NCBI GenBank assembly: GCA_947631145.1
Contig: CANRKF010000001.1
Span: 1,786-65,785 of the forward strand
Length of the DNA: 64,000 bases
Direction: 5' to 3'
Source of the DNA: an uncultured Clostridia bacterium
Lineage (GTDB): Bacteria > Bacillota > Clostridia > TANB77 > CAG-508
In this document: positions 1 through 10,411 of the stretch, piece after piece
Layout of the letters: every line of letters begins with the position of its first letter
How positions within the stretch are numbered: the first letter of the stretch is position 1
Translations under genes and position numbers: made by a program
The notes under the pieces: generated by a model
Databases searched by the model: none
The model's input: the letters and a program-made list of their open reading frames with translations, nothing else
What the model was told of the DNA's origin: nothing

Positions 1-2256
1 ATTAAGAACTAATGTGCTTGGGCATACTACAATTGATGTTATTTTATTATTTTTGTCTATTTCAGATTTCAATAAGGCTATTATTTGAATTGTTTTTCCA
101 AGTCCCATGTCATCGGCTAGTATTCCACCAAATTGATATGTAGCTAAGGTTTTTAGCCATTTATAACCTACTTTTTGGTAATCTCTTAATTTTTCTTCAA
201 AATTTTTGTCTATTTCAATATTTAGCTCAGAATTTTGAATAGAATCAATTAATTCTGTAAATTTTTCATTTTTTGCTACATTAATATCTTTTTTGGTGTT
301 TACTAATCTTTCTAAATAAAAGCTTCGATTTATAGGAAGATTAACTATTCCTTTATTTATTTTGCTATAATCTATGTCTAGAGTTGTTTCTAATTCATCT
401 AATAAATTTAAATCTTCATTTTCTTTTAAGTCTAGAAAATCTCCATTTTTTAATTTATAGTATTTTTTCTTTACTTGGTAATCTTTTAAAATATTTTTTA
501 TTTCGCTTATATCTATATTGATTTTTGAAATATCTAATTCTAATAGGCCATTGTCTATTTTTATTCCAATATTTGAAATTTTAGGTTGTTTTATTTGCTT
601 ATTTTTAAATTTATCTGTTACTAAAACTTCAAAGTCGTTCATATATCCTTGAATTTTTTGTGATAAAAATTCATAAATGTCATCTGTATTTTTCATTAAA
701 AAATACTTTTGGCCAATAATTGGTTCAAAGCCATCCATAAATATTCTTTTAATAACTTCTTTTTCTGCTGGGATATCTCTTACAATATTATTTTGTTTAA
801 CATAGTCTTTATGGCTATTTTCTAATATGTTAAATTCATAGTTAAGATAACAAAATTTAAGTTCTAGCATAATATTTCCTTGATCATCTGCATCTAGTAA
901 AACTTTTGATGCTAATTTATTAACTATTAAACCTTCTTTTGCTATTTCGGCTGGCAAATTATTTGATTGTATATTTATTTTTGGCATAACAAACTTGCTA
1001 AATTCATCTAATTTATCTTCTGGAATAAGTACGTATTCATCTCTATTTATTATCCTAAATAATTTAATAAGATTAGGTTCTTTTTCTTTTTTATATATTT
1101 TTTTGTCATAAAATATGTAAATATATTTGTTTGAAAAAAATACAAGATAATTGGATATATTAAGCCTTAATACATATTCTTCTGATATTTTTTCATGTTC
1201 ATCATCCCAATAATAGTAACTATATGTTCTTACTTTTTCTTTCTTTATATTATATGAAATTTCTAAATCTTCTTCTGTAAGAGTGCATAATTCATTTCCT
1301 TTTTCTCCACTATTTTCGTAGCAGTGAAATAATACTTTTTTGTTTGGTACCATACTGAAGAATTCATCTATTTTGTCTCCCTTTAGTAGTATTTGTTTTT
1401 CTATTACAGTATTTAATCCATATTTATTAAGGCTGTCGTAATATTGTACCATTTCAGCATATTGTATTATATAGTCAAATAGCCATTTTGAACTTTCGCT
1501 AAAATTTTCTCTTTTAGGAATAAATCTTAATTGCTTTCCGTAATATATTTCTGTTCCATTTTTATATGCCTCATAAAAATGGCTAATATTATTTAGCACA
1601 TACATACGGGTTTCACCTATTTTAAAAACTACTTTTAACGTTTGTTCATCATATAGTTCTAATAAAAATTCTAGCTTTATGTTTGTTGCAAGATTTGATG
1701 TTGTTGCTGTTTTTGATAATAATGCTCTATTATATAAACTCATTATATCAAACTGATCTAAACTTTGAGGAGTGTTACTATTTGGTTTATACATGTTTAT
1801 CATTTCAAGCCCATATCTATACTTGTCTTGATATTCACGCATTTTTAGTTCTTGCTCTTGCTTTTTCCTAAATTCTTCTAAGGCTTTTTTTCTTTCTTCT
1901 TCTCTTTTCTTTTCTATTTTCTTTCTGCCTTCATTTGTAGTAGCATTATGTGGATTTATTGTTTCTAGAGCGGTGGCAATAATATGCTTGCACAAATTTC
2001 CATTTTCGTAGTCTTTACATGTGCAAATACTTTCTGTTATAGTATTTCCGCATATTGTTATTTTTGTATTATACAAATCATAGTTTCCTTCTACATATGC
2101 TGTTACAGAATAATTATTATCATCGATTTTTTCAACTTTTCGTATTTCTACATATTCTCTTTTAAATAGTTGCTCTCCTCTTCTACGTCTTTCAAAGTCA
2201 TATTTTTGTGCGAATTGAAGTGTTTTTAAGTTTAGGTCTATTACATCAATTATCAT
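1..2256 (-). CDS. SWIM zinc-finger / SNF2-family helicase, YwqA-like; 5' part only, continues past the window start
   Basis: I translated the reverse strand myself: there is no stop from 2256 down to 1. A SWIM-type Cys/His motif (C..CTCKDY..GNLCKHIIA) lies near the N-terminus and the SNF2 motif I ...FGGILADDMGLGKTIQIIAL sits at about nt 60-120. An RBS (aggaga) precedes the ATG at 2256. The gene is missing from the ORF track because it runs off the window edge. Confidence 0.8.
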   Translation of the reverse strand, partial: MIIDVIDLNLKTLQFAQKYDFERRRRGEQLFKREYVEIRKVEKIDDNNYSVTAYVEGNYDLYNTKITICGNTITESICTCKDYENGNLCKHIIATALETINPHNATTNEGRKKIEKKREEERKKALEEFRKKQEQELKMREYQDKYRYGLEMINMYKPNSNTPQSLDQFDIMSLYNRALLSKTATTSNLATNIKLEFLLELYDEQTLKVVFKIGETRMYVLNNISHFYEAYKNGTEIYYGKQLRFIPKRENFSESSKWLFDYIIQYAEMVQYYDSLNKYGLNTVIEKQILLKGDKIDEFFSMVPNKKVLFHCYENSGEKGNELCTLTEEDLEISYNIKKEKVRTYSYYYWDDEHEKISEEYVLRLNISNYLVFFSNKYIYIFYDKKIYKKEKEPNLIKLFRIINRDEYVLIPEDKLDEFSKFVMPKINIQSNNLPAEIAKEGLIVNKLASKVLLDADDQGNIMLELKFCYLNYEFNILENSHKDYVKQNNIVRDIPAEKEVIKRIFMDGFEPIIGQKYFLMKNTDDIYEFLSQKIQGYMNDFEVLVTDKFKNKQIKQPKISNIGIKIDNGLLELDISKINIDISEIKNILKDYQVKKKYYKLKNGDFLDLKENEDLNLLDELETTLDIDYSKINKGIVNLPINRSFYLERLVNTKKDINVAKNEKFTELIDSIQNSELNIEIDKNFEEKLRDYQKVGYKWLKTLATYQFGGILADDMGLGKTIQIIALLKSEIDKNNKITSIVVCPSTLVLN

Positions 2257-2499
2257 ATTTATTGGTTCTCCTATTAATACATTTCAGATTTTACAGCTTT
2301 TGTGAATTATTTAATGTATTTCATAGCTTACATTTTTGTTAATTATAATAATATGCATTAATTTTGTTTTCATAATAGTTATAATTATTGCATAAAATGC
2401 TAGAATAGTCAATTTTTTAAGTTTTTTTCAATTGTTTTATTTTTACCAGAACATTTTCACTAAGAATTCACATTTTTAAGTTTTTTCTATGTATAATAC

Positions 2500-3225
2500 T
2501 TATATTAGCAATAGATATTTTCCATTTTTTACCTTTTGTATTACATTTAGTTTAATAAATTCTTTGAAAATTTTGTTAACAGTATGTATTGGAACTTCTA
2601 AAGCAATTGCTACTTCGTTTTGCGTTTTTAGTATAAACTTTTTTTCATCTGATTTTTGTAGTAAATATGCTATAATTTTATATTGATTTGCTTTATTACT
2701 TTGTAATAACTTTAAAAAATTCTTTATTTCTGATAATGAAATATTATTTTTGCTTTCTTGCATTTTTATTTTTTTAAAGGCATTGTATGAATATTTATGG
2801 GCTATTTTATTTGTTTTTCTTGAAATCCACTGTAATTCAAAATATGAATTTTCTTTATTTAATCGTGTTTTTACTTTGTTATAAGACTTCTTCATGTCAT
2901 CCAATAATCTTGTATTGTTATTAAATAATTTTACATTATTATTTTTTATAAATATTTCTATTGCGACACTACAATCTGTTCTTATATAAAATTTTTGAGC
3001 TATATTATTCTTTATTAAATTAGAATCTATTAAATTTAGCACTTGAAATATTGCAAATAGTTCACATTCTGTTGAATTTTCTAATTTGATTTTGCATTTT
3101 TTTCCAAATGCTTTAACAATTTTCTTTTCCTGTGTAATAACAATAGCATAAGTTCCAATTTTAGTTTTATTATCAAAACTTGCATCTGTGTAAATTTTAA
3201 ATACTTTATTGTAGTCCATTAACAT
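2500..3225 (-). CDS. RNase H-like (RNase HI / RVT_3-type) domain protein with a C-terminal winged-helix HTH
   Basis: The N-terminus carries the motifs IYTDAS, ECELFAI and IRTDCS, matching the D-E-D catalytic residues, followed by W.SR..NKIAH. The fourth acidic position appears to be His. The C-terminal ~60 aa look like an HTH (QNEVAIALEVPIHTVNKIFKEF...VKNGKY). Confidence 0.55.
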   Translation of the reverse strand: MLMDYNKVFKIYTDASFDNKTKIGTYAIVITQEKKIVKAFGKKCKIKLENSTECELFAIFQVLNLIDSNLIKNNIAQKFYIRTDCSVAIEIFIKNNNVKLFNNNTRLLDDMKKSYNKVKTRLNKENSYFELQWISRKTNKIAHKYSYNAFKKIKMQESKNNISLSEIKNFLKLLQSNKANQYKIIAYLLQKSDEKKFILKTQNEVAIALEVPIHTVNKIFKEFIKLNVIQKVKNGKYLLLI

Positions 3226-3515
3226 CGCTTCCTTTTAAAAACTTTTGTTCGATTATAAAACAATATTTTTAACTTGTCAATACTTTTTTACTATTTAATT
3301 ATTTTTTATGTTTTTTTGCTGGATTTCAAATGAATTTTCCCTTTTTTTAATTTTTTGATGGAAAATTGGTGTTTTTATCACTTGCAAAGCATTATATTTA
3401 TTACAATAAGTGTTATTTTTCCTAAATTTATTGTAAAATATTTACTAATTGGTTTCTTTGAAATTTTTCAGAAAAATGTTATATATATGTATATAAAAAA
3501 TGGAGGGAAAAAAAC

Positions 3516-3842
3516 ATGGCGCTTGATTATACAATTATTGGTCAAAGATTAAAAAAAGCTAGAATTGATAAAAAAATGACTCAAGAAAATTTAGCTGAAA
3601 AGTTAGATGTTTCAATTGCCTTTTTAAGTAGAATTGAAAGAGGCAGTTCTCATGTTAATTTAAAAAGATTAACTCAAATTTGTGATATTTTAGAAGTTTC
3701 TGAAGGTTTTATTTTAAATGGTGTTTCTAGTAAATCTAGTAATTATTTAACTTCAGAATTTAATGAAATTTTAACTTCTGTTTCTCCTGAAAAGCAAAAA
3801 TTGATTTATAAAATAGCAAAGGTAATCAGTGAGGAAGAATAG
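3516..3842 (+). CDS. XRE-family (Cro/CI-type) HTH transcriptional regulator
   Basis: N-terminal HTH_3 signature: RLKKARIDKKMTQENLAEKLDVSIAFLSRIERG. An RBS (ggaggg) precedes it. It is divergent from the RNase H-like gene. Confidence 0.8.
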   Translation: MALDYTIIGQRLKKARIDKKMTQENLAEKLDVSIAFLSRIERGSSHVNLKRLTQICDILEVSEGFILNGVSSKSSNYLTSEFNEILTSVSPEKQKLIYKIAKVISEEE

Positions 3843-3865
3843 TTTTTAACAAATATGGTTATATT

Positions 3866-3901
3866 AAAAGTAAGAATTTTATTTCTTACTTTTATTTTTT
3901 T
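3866..3901 (+). terminator. Rho-independent terminator after the XRE gene
   Basis: Hairpin aaaagtaagaa-ttttatt-tcttactttt followed by a T-run. Confidence 0.6.
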
Positions 3902-4191
3902 ACATGCTTAATTTTAAATTTTTTTAATAATTATTATTTGTTGATAAATATTATTCATTATGGTATTATATATAAGATTTAAATTTTGGCATTTATTTTA
4001 TTGTATGCAAGGTACCAATTTTATATTCATAAAGATTAATTTATTGTGCCTTTTGTATATACAATTTAGCAAGACAACTACAAATAATTTTAATATAAAT
4101 ATTTATATTAATTTAAAGGTATTTTTATTTGAAAACAATTGAATTTTCATAAAATTACCTTCAAAATAAAACTAGAAAGGATTGATTATAT

Positions 4192-6435
4192 ATGAATTTT
4201 GAACAATGGAATGATTTTAATAAACAAGGCGAATGGACTAAAGAAATAGATGTTAGAGGCTTTATTCAAGCTAATTATACACCTTATGAAGGAAATAGTT
4301 CATTTTTAGTAGGTCCAACTGAAAAAACTACAAAATTATGGAATAAAATTTTGGAGCTTTATAAAGAGGAAAAAGAGCATAATAATGTGCTAGATGTAGA
4401 TACACAAACACCTTCTGGAATTAATCGTTTTGCTCCCGGATATATTGATAAAAATTTAGAGGAAATTGTTGGTTTTCAAACAGATAAACCTTTAAAAAGA
4501 GCAATTATGCCAAATGGTGGTATTAGAATTGTAGAAAAATCTTGTGAAAGTTATGGTTACAAGTTAGATGATACAGTTTCTAAAATATATCATAATTTAA
4601 GAAGAACTCATAATGACGGAGTTTTTGCAGTTTATACACCTGAAATAAGAGCTGCTAGAAGCTCGCATTTAATTACAGGTCTTCCAGATGGATATGGTCG
4701 TGGTAGAATTATTGGAGATTATAGAAGAATTGCTTTATATGGTGTAGATGTTTTAATTGCAGATAAACAAGATGAATTTGCTACAACTGATTCTGACGAA
4801 ATGACTGATGAAATTATTCGTAAAAGAGAAGAAATTCATGACCAAATAGTTGCTTTAAATGAATTAAAGGAAATGGCTACAAGCTATGGTTTTGATATAT
4901 CTAAGCCTGCTGGAAATGCTAAAGAAGCTATTCAATGGTTATATTTTGGATATTTAGGTGCTATTAAAGATCAAAATGGTGCTGCTATGAGCTTAGGTAG
5001 AACTTCTACTTTCTTAGATATATACATTGAAAGAGATATTAAAAATGGTGTTATAACAGAAGAAGTTGCTCAAGAGCTAATGGATCACTTCGTTATGAAG
5101 CTAAGAATGGTTCGCTTTTTGCGCGCTCCAGAATACAATGAATTATTTAGCGGAGATCCTGTTTGGGTTACAGAAAGTATTGGTGGTATGGGCATTGATG
5201 GTAGAACTTTAGTTACAAAAAATTCTTTTAGAGTGCTTCATACTTTAGTAAATTTAGGTCCTGCACCAGAGCCAAATTTAACTGTATTATGGTCTAAAAA
5301 TTTGCCTGAAGGTTTTAAGAAATTCTGTGCTGAAATTTCTATTAAAACTTCTTCTATTCAGTATGAAAACGATGATTTAATGAGAGCTACTTTAGGAGAT
5401 GATTATGGTATTGCTTGCTGTGTTTCTGCTATGAAAGTTGGTAAGCAAATGCAATTTTTCGGTGCTAGAGCAAATTTAGCAAAGGCCCTTTTATATGCAA
5501 TTAATGGTGGTAGAGATGAAAAATCTGGAAAACAAGTTACACCACGATTTGAACCTATTACTTCTGAATACTTAGATTATGACGAGGTTATGGTTAAATT
5601 TGATAATATGATGGAATATTTAGCAAAAACATATATTAAAGCTCTTAACATGATTCACTATATGCATGATAAATATTCTTATGAAGCTTTAGAAATGGCT
5701 TTGCACGATAGAGAAAGAGATGTTTTAAGAACTATGGCTTGCGGAATTGCTGGTTTATCTGTTGTTGCTGATTCTTTATCTGCTATAAAATATGCAAAAG
5801 TAAAGGTTATTCGTGATGATACAGGATTAGCTGTTGATTATGAAGTTGAAGGAGATTTTCCTAAATACGGTAACGACGATGATAGAGTAGATGATATTGC
5901 TGTTAGCTTAATAAAAACTTTTATGAAAAAGCTAGAAAAGCATCATACTTACAGAAATTCAAGAACTACCCTTTCTATTTTAACTATTACTTCTAATGTA
6001 GTTTATGGTAAAAATACTGGTAATACTCCTGATGGTAGAAAAGATGGTGAACCTTTTGGCCCCGGCGCTAACCCACTTCACGGTAGAGATACTAACGGAG
6101 CTTTGGCAGTTATGAATACTATTGCAAAACTTCCTTATGAATATTCAGAAGATGGTATTTCTTACACCTTTTCTATAACCCCTTCTACTTTAGGTAAGGA
6201 TGATGCTTCTAAGGTAAATAATTTAGTTACCATGTTAGATGGTTTCTTTACTCAAACAGGACATCATATAAATGTTAATGTTTTTGATAGACAGTTATTA
6301 TTAGATGCAATGGAGCATCCTGAAAAGTATCCACAACTTACTATTCGTGTATCTGGCTATGCTGTTAACTTTACTAAATTAACTAGAGAGCAACAGTTAG
6401 ACGTTATTAATAGAACTATTCACGAGAGGATTTAA
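4192..6435 (+). CDS. pflB: formate C-acetyltransferase (pyruvate formate-lyase)
   Basis: 747 aa with full-length PFL similarity. The glycyl-radical signature RVSGYAV is near the C-terminus, and the active-site CC motif (GIACCVSAM) is present. Confidence 0.93.
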   Translation: MNFEQWNDFNKQGEWTKEIDVRGFIQANYTPYEGNSSFLVGPTEKTTKLWNKILELYKEEKEHNNVLDVDTQTPSGINRFAPGYIDKNLEEIVGFQTDKPLKRAIMPNGGIRIVEKSCESYGYKLDDTVSKIYHNLRRTHNDGVFAVYTPEIRAARSSHLITGLPDGYGRGRIIGDYRRIALYGVDVLIADKQDEFATTDSDEMTDEIIRKREEIHDQIVALNELKEMATSYGFDISKPAGNAKEAIQWLYFGYLGAIKDQNGAAMSLGRTSTFLDIYIERDIKNGVITEEVAQELMDHFVMKLRMVRFLRAPEYNELFSGDPVWVTESIGGMGIDGRTLVTKNSFRVLHTLVNLGPAPEPNLTVLWSKNLPEGFKKFCAEISIKTSSIQYENDDLMRATLGDDYGIACCVSAMKVGKQMQFFGARANLAKALLYAINGGRDEKSGKQVTPRFEPITSEYLDYDEVMVKFDNMMEYLAKTYIKALNMIHYMHDKYSYEALEMALHDRERDVLRTMACGIAGLSVVADSLSAIKYAKVKVIRDDTGLAVDYEVEGDFPKYGNDDDRVDDIAVSLIKTFMKKLEKHHTYRNSRTTLSILTITSNVVYGKNTGNTPDGRKDGEPFGPGANPLHGRDTNGALAVMNTIAKLPYEYSEDGISYTFSITPSTLGKDDASKVNNLVTMLDGFFTQTGHHINVNVFDRQLLLDAMEHPEKYPQLTIRVSGYAVNFTKLTREQQLDVINRTIHERI

Positions 6436-6442
6436 ATTGTTT

Positions 6443-6593
6443 TGTCGCATTGGGGACGTTTGTTGATGCGACAAAATGTCGTCTTAGGGACGTTTGTTAG
6501 TGCGACAAAATGTCGCATTAGGGACAGATGTTTAATAAGATGTGTCCCAGACACGACAAAATGTCGCGTTAAGAAACGTCCCCAATGCGACAG
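6443..6593. repeat. Family A hairpin-repeat element array (GCGACA-AAAT-TGTCGC hairpins plus GGGACGTTTGTT / AAGAAACGTCCC arms); about 4 units
   Basis: Seen directly in the sequence. Units are arranged as nested inverted repeats, with the terminal arms tgtcgcattggggacgttt and aaacgtccccaatgcgaca. The last 55-bp unit is about 90% identical to 48307-48360. Confidence 0.7.
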
Positions 6594-6604
6594 AAAGGAA
6601 AAAA

Positions 6605-7315
6605 ATGGAAGCAAGAATTCACTCATTTGAATCTTTTGGAACAGTTGACGGACCTGGAATAAGGTTCGTTATCTTCATGCAAGGTTGTAGCCTTAAATGC
6701 AAATATTGCCATAATAGAGATACTTGGGATTTATGTGGTGGTACCCAATATACCTTAGAAGAAGTTTTAGAAAAGATAGAAAAATATAAAAATTATTTTA
6801 TGCCTTCTGGCGGTGGCGTTACTGTTAGTGGTGGTGAGCCTTTACTACAGCTAGAATTTGTTACTGAGCTTTTTACTATTTTAAAAAAGGAAAATATTCA
6901 TACTGCTATTGATACTTCTGGTAACTTTATTATTACAGAAGATATTAAAAAGTTAATTGATTTAACTGATTTATTTTTATTAGATATTAAATGTATTAAT
7001 GATGAAATTTGCAAAAGTTTAACCGGTGTTTCTAATAAGCAAGAGCTTGCTTTTGCTAGGTATTTAAGCAGTATTAAAAAGGATATGTGGATTAGGCAAG
7101 TTATAGTTCCGGGAATAACTGATAAGGAAGATGATTTACTTAAATTAAGAGAATTTATTAATTCTTTAGATAGCATAAGAAATGTAGAATTTTTGCCTTA
7201 TCATGATATGGGACGTTATAAGTGGGAAAATTTAGGGCTTAAATATCCGTTAGATGGTGTTAGAACAGCTAATATAGATGATGTTAAAAGGGCAAGAAAG
7301 TTAGTATTAGAATAA
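6605..7315 (+). CDS. pflA: pyruvate formate-lyase activating enzyme (radical SAM)
   Basis: CxxxCxxC motif (CSLKCKYCHN) and a glycine-rich SAM site (GGGVTVSGGEP). The true start is probably the ATG at 6605 (MEARIHSFE), which has an RBS. The track ORF extends upstream into the repeat array. Confidence 0.9.
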   Translation: MEARIHSFESFGTVDGPGIRFVIFMQGCSLKCKYCHNRDTWDLCGGTQYTLEEVLEKIEKYKNYFMPSGGGVTVSGGEPLLQLEFVTELFTILKKENIHTAIDTSGNFIITEDIKKLIDLTDLFLLDIKCINDEICKSLTGVSNKQELAFARYLSSIKKDMWIRQVIVPGITDKEDDLLKLREFINSLDSIRNVEFLPYHDMGRYKWENLGLKYPLDGVRTANIDDVKRARKLVLE

Positions 7316-7389
7316 GCACTTTAAAGTTAAATTAAGCTTTTGTTTAAGTAACAATAAAAAAATTATTTAAACAAAAGCTTTGTATTTTT

Positions 7390-8233
7390 CTATTCTTTTA
7401 CTATTTTCTTTAGCCCAAAGGTTATAAAATAAATTGCCCCTGAAATTAATACTATCATTGGTCCTGTAGGTATATTCCAATAATAAGAAATAATTAAACC
7501 TGTTATTCCAGCAAATAATGAAAATATTACTGAATATAAATGATAGCTTCTCATACTTTTGGCAATATTTCTACTAGATGCAGATGGCAAAATAAGTAAG
7601 GAATTAATTAATAATATTCCTATCCAGCGAATTGATATCATAACCATAACGGCTATTAATACAACAAAAACATTGTCTATTAATTTTGTGTTAACTCCCC
7701 TACTTTTTGCAAGTGCTTCATTTATGCTAAGTACATTTAATTTATTAAATGTAAAATACCAAAATACAAATACTGCAATAAAGGCTAAAAATAAATATAG
7801 TATTTCTGTACTACTAATACTTAATATATCTCCAACTAGGTAACTAGAATATTTATTGAAATTTCCTCCGTGTAGCAAGCAATGCTAAACCTAAAGCAAT
7901 TGCTATTGATGAAAATACGCTAATAATTGTATCTGCCCCATACGTAGTTTTATTTTTTACAAAATTTAATAATAACGCAAAAATAACTGCGAAGAAAATC
8001 ATTGATATATTCATGTTTGTAATTCCAAGTACCATTCCTAATGCAATTCCTGTTAGGGCTGAATGGCCTAATGCATCTGAAAAAAAGGCCATTTTGTTAT
8101 TTACTATCATAGTTCCTAATATTGCAAAAATTGGTGTTGATAAAATTATGGCAATTAGTGCATTTTTCATAAATGTGTATTGCATAAATTCAAATGGTAA
8201 AATTGTTTCTAATAAATTATATATTAATTCCAT
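7390..8233 (-). pseudogene. znuB: ABC-3 family metal (Zn/Mn) permease ZnuB-like, split by a frameshift near 7853-7878
   Basis: Two overlapping ORFs, 7853..8233 (N-terminal half, 126 aa) and 7390..7878 (C-terminal half, 162 aa). Both show the TM-rich ZnuB/MntB pattern. Together they equal one roughly 280-aa permease. Confidence 0.7.
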
Positions 8234-8450
8234 TATTGCTTTAATGATAATATTTACTTAAGTTATATGACAATTTTTCATATAACATAATAAATATATC
8301 TTTTACTCCTTTTATATTTAGGTTTTAATGGTATACCTATAAACTTTTATTATAATAACTTCATTTAATACAAAATTACATATTTATTCGTTAATTGCAA
8401 AATTATATATTTGCTTAAGCACATTTGTTATTTATAAACTTATTTTGTTA

Positions 8451-9188
8451 TTATATTGCTTCACTTCCAAAACGATTTTGAAATTCTAAACTATTAAATA
8501 CTTCATCAGGAGTTCCTTCTTTAATTACTTCTTTATCTAATAAAATTACTTTATCTGCATATTTTTTGGCTAATTCAAAATCGTGTGATACTAACAAAAT
8601 TGACATATCATAATTTGTTTTTAAATTATTTACTAATTCATAAAAATCTCGCGTACCATTTTTATCTATTCCTGAAACTGGTTCATCTAATATTAATAGA
8701 TTAGGTGCAGGTTTTGTTGCTATTGCTAATAATACTCTTTGAAGTTCTCCTCCTGATAAATCGCCTATGCTTTTATCTATTAATTTTTCTGCTCCAAATA
8801 CTTTTAATTGTTCTTTTATTTCTTGATATATTTTTTTATCTTTTTTTAGAAAAACTGGTACATAGCAAATACATGATGCAAATAAATCGTATACTGTAGT
8901 TGGCATATGCTTCTCTATATTGATGGATTGTGGCACATAGCCAATTTTTATTCTTTTTGCAACATTTTCTTTTATATCCATAAAAGTAATGTTTCCTGTA
9001 TGTTCTACTTCTCCTAGAATGGCTTTTAACAAAGTTGATTTTCCGGCACCGTTCCTACCAATAATAACAGTTAGCTCTCCACAATGAATATGAATATTTA
9101 CATTTTTTAATACAACTTCTTTGCCAAATTTCACACTTATATTATTTATTTTTGTGCAGTGAAGTCCACAAGCTACTGGTTTTCCCAT
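8451..9188 (-). CDS. znuC: metal ABC transporter ATP-binding protein
   Basis: Walker A (GRNGAGKST), ABC signature (LSGGELQRV) and Walker B (LLILDEP). Confidence 0.88.
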   Translation of the reverse strand: MGKPVACGLHCTKINNISVKFGKEVVLKNVNIHIHCGELTVIIGRNGAGKSTLLKAILGEVEHTGNITFMDIKENVAKRIKIGYVPQSINIEKHMPTTVYDLFASCICYVPVFLKKDKKIYQEIKEQLKVFGAEKLIDKSIGDLSGGELQRVLLAIATKPAPNLLILDEPVSGIDKNGTRDFYELVNNLKTNYDMSILLVSHDFELAKKYADKVILLDKEVIKEGTPDEVFNSLEFQNRFGSEAI

Positions 9189-9298
9189 TAATTTTCACCT
9201 AGTTTCTTTATATATTATTTTTTAACTTTATTAATATTTGTTTTATAATATAATAATTAAATTATTTTAAGTGTGTACTTTTCACTAATATACATTTA

Positions 9299-10225
9299 TT
9301 AATTAATATTTAACTGCTTTAAGGTATTCAAGTTTTCTGTCATTGCATTTATGTATTCATTTTTATCTATTTTTCCTGATAGGGCTGGATTTAGCTTAAC
9401 TATTTGTGCTCCTGTTTCATTGGCTAAAGTTTGCGCATTATTTAAATTATTTTCTTCACCTATAAATATTAATTTAATATTTTCTTCTTTCATTTTTTCT
9501 ATTGTTTTTTTCATTGCATCTGCTGATAATGTACTTTCTTCGTGATTTGTTTCAATATATGTAATGTCCATTTCCAAGCTATTTGCTAAATATACTAAAG
9601 CTTCATCTAAACAGATTACTTTTTGCGAATTTAATTTTGATAGTTGTTCATTATAGCTTGAGTTTAGCTCTTTTAAAGCTTGTGTATATTTTTCACAATT
9701 TTTTGTATATATTAAGCTATTTTCTGGATTATACTCACATAATTTTTGCGAAATTGTTTCTACTTGCTTTATATAATTTTCAATGTTTGTCCATATATGA
9801 GGATTTACAGTTTCATTATTTTGCTTTGAATTTATATTCTCGTTATTTTTTATAATGTTTGTAACTTCTATGCTACTATCAATAATTTTTAAATTTTGAT
9901 TTGCTTGCAATATTTTGTTCATAAAATTCTCTAAGCCTAGTCCATTTTGTATAAAAATATTGGCATTTTCTATTTTTTTCATATCTAAAGTAGATAGTGT
10001 ATAGTCATGTAAACATCCTACGTCATTTTGTGTTAAACATACTGCTTCTACATTTCGAGCATTTTCAGTTAAATTCATTGTTATTATATTAATTGGGTAA
10101 AAAGAACTTACTATTTTTAAATTAGTATTCTCTTTTTTTGGATTATTATTTTTAATTATAGCAAATGTAACTATTAATATAAATATAATAACTATAGTAA
10201 AAATAATTTTTACTTTTTTATTCAA
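9299..10225 (-). CDS. znuA: metal ABC transporter substrate-binding lipoprotein (ZnuA/TroA family)
   Basis: Signal/TM N-terminus. VSSFYPI and HDY motifs typical of cluster-9 solute-binding proteins. It is first in the operon with znuC and znuB. Confidence 0.8.
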   Translation of the reverse strand: MNKKVKIIFTIVIIFILIVTFAIIKNNNPKKENTNLKIVSSFYPINIITMNLTENARNVEAVCLTQNDVGCLHDYTLSTLDMKKIENANIFIQNGLGLENFMNKILQANQNLKIIDSSIEVTNIIKNNENINSKQNNETVNPHIWTNIENYIKQVETISQKLCEYNPENSLIYTKNCEKYTQALKELNSSYNEQLSKLNSQKVICLDEALVYLANSLEMDITYIETNHEESTLSADAMKKTIEKMKEENIKLIFIGEENNLNNAQTLANETGAQIVKLNPALSGKIDKNEYINAMTENLNTLKQLNIN

Positions 10226-10299
10226 GCTAGTTTTCCCCCTTTTTTTATTTCATTTAATGATAACATAATTTTTAGTGTTTTTCAATACGCAAGAGCTTA

Positions 10300-10338
10300 G
10301 AAAAAAACTACTAACTAAAATTGTTAGTAGTTTTTATT
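10300..10338. terminator. bidirectional Rho-independent terminator (hairpin aactactaac / gttagtagtt flanked by A and T runs)
   Basis: Perfect 10-bp stem flanked by an A-run and a T-run, between znuA and rpsR. Confidence 0.55.
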
Positions 10339-10411
10339 GTAAAATAACAAATTTGCAATTACCTATATGCAATAATTTGCTTGTTAAAAGTAAGCATAAA
10401 TTCTTACTTTA

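Noticed and set aside
6443-6593. Whether the Family A repeats form a CRISPR array
   Set aside because: The units are degenerate and arranged as nested inverted repeats, without uniform unique spacers. No cas genes are nearby, and the same units recur within a coding 3' end at 48306-48393.
6432-6630. Track ORFs 6432..6626 (-) and 6442..6630 (+) inside the pflB-pflA spacer
   Set aside because: Both are translations of the Family A hairpin-repeat array. They mirror each other on the two strands and have no RBS or coding bias, so they are not genes.
10226-10300. Zur box upstream of znuA
   Set aside because: An AT-rich near-palindrome (ttaatgataacataattt) is present, but it does not match the Firmicute Zur consensus well enough to call in DNA that is about 85% AT.
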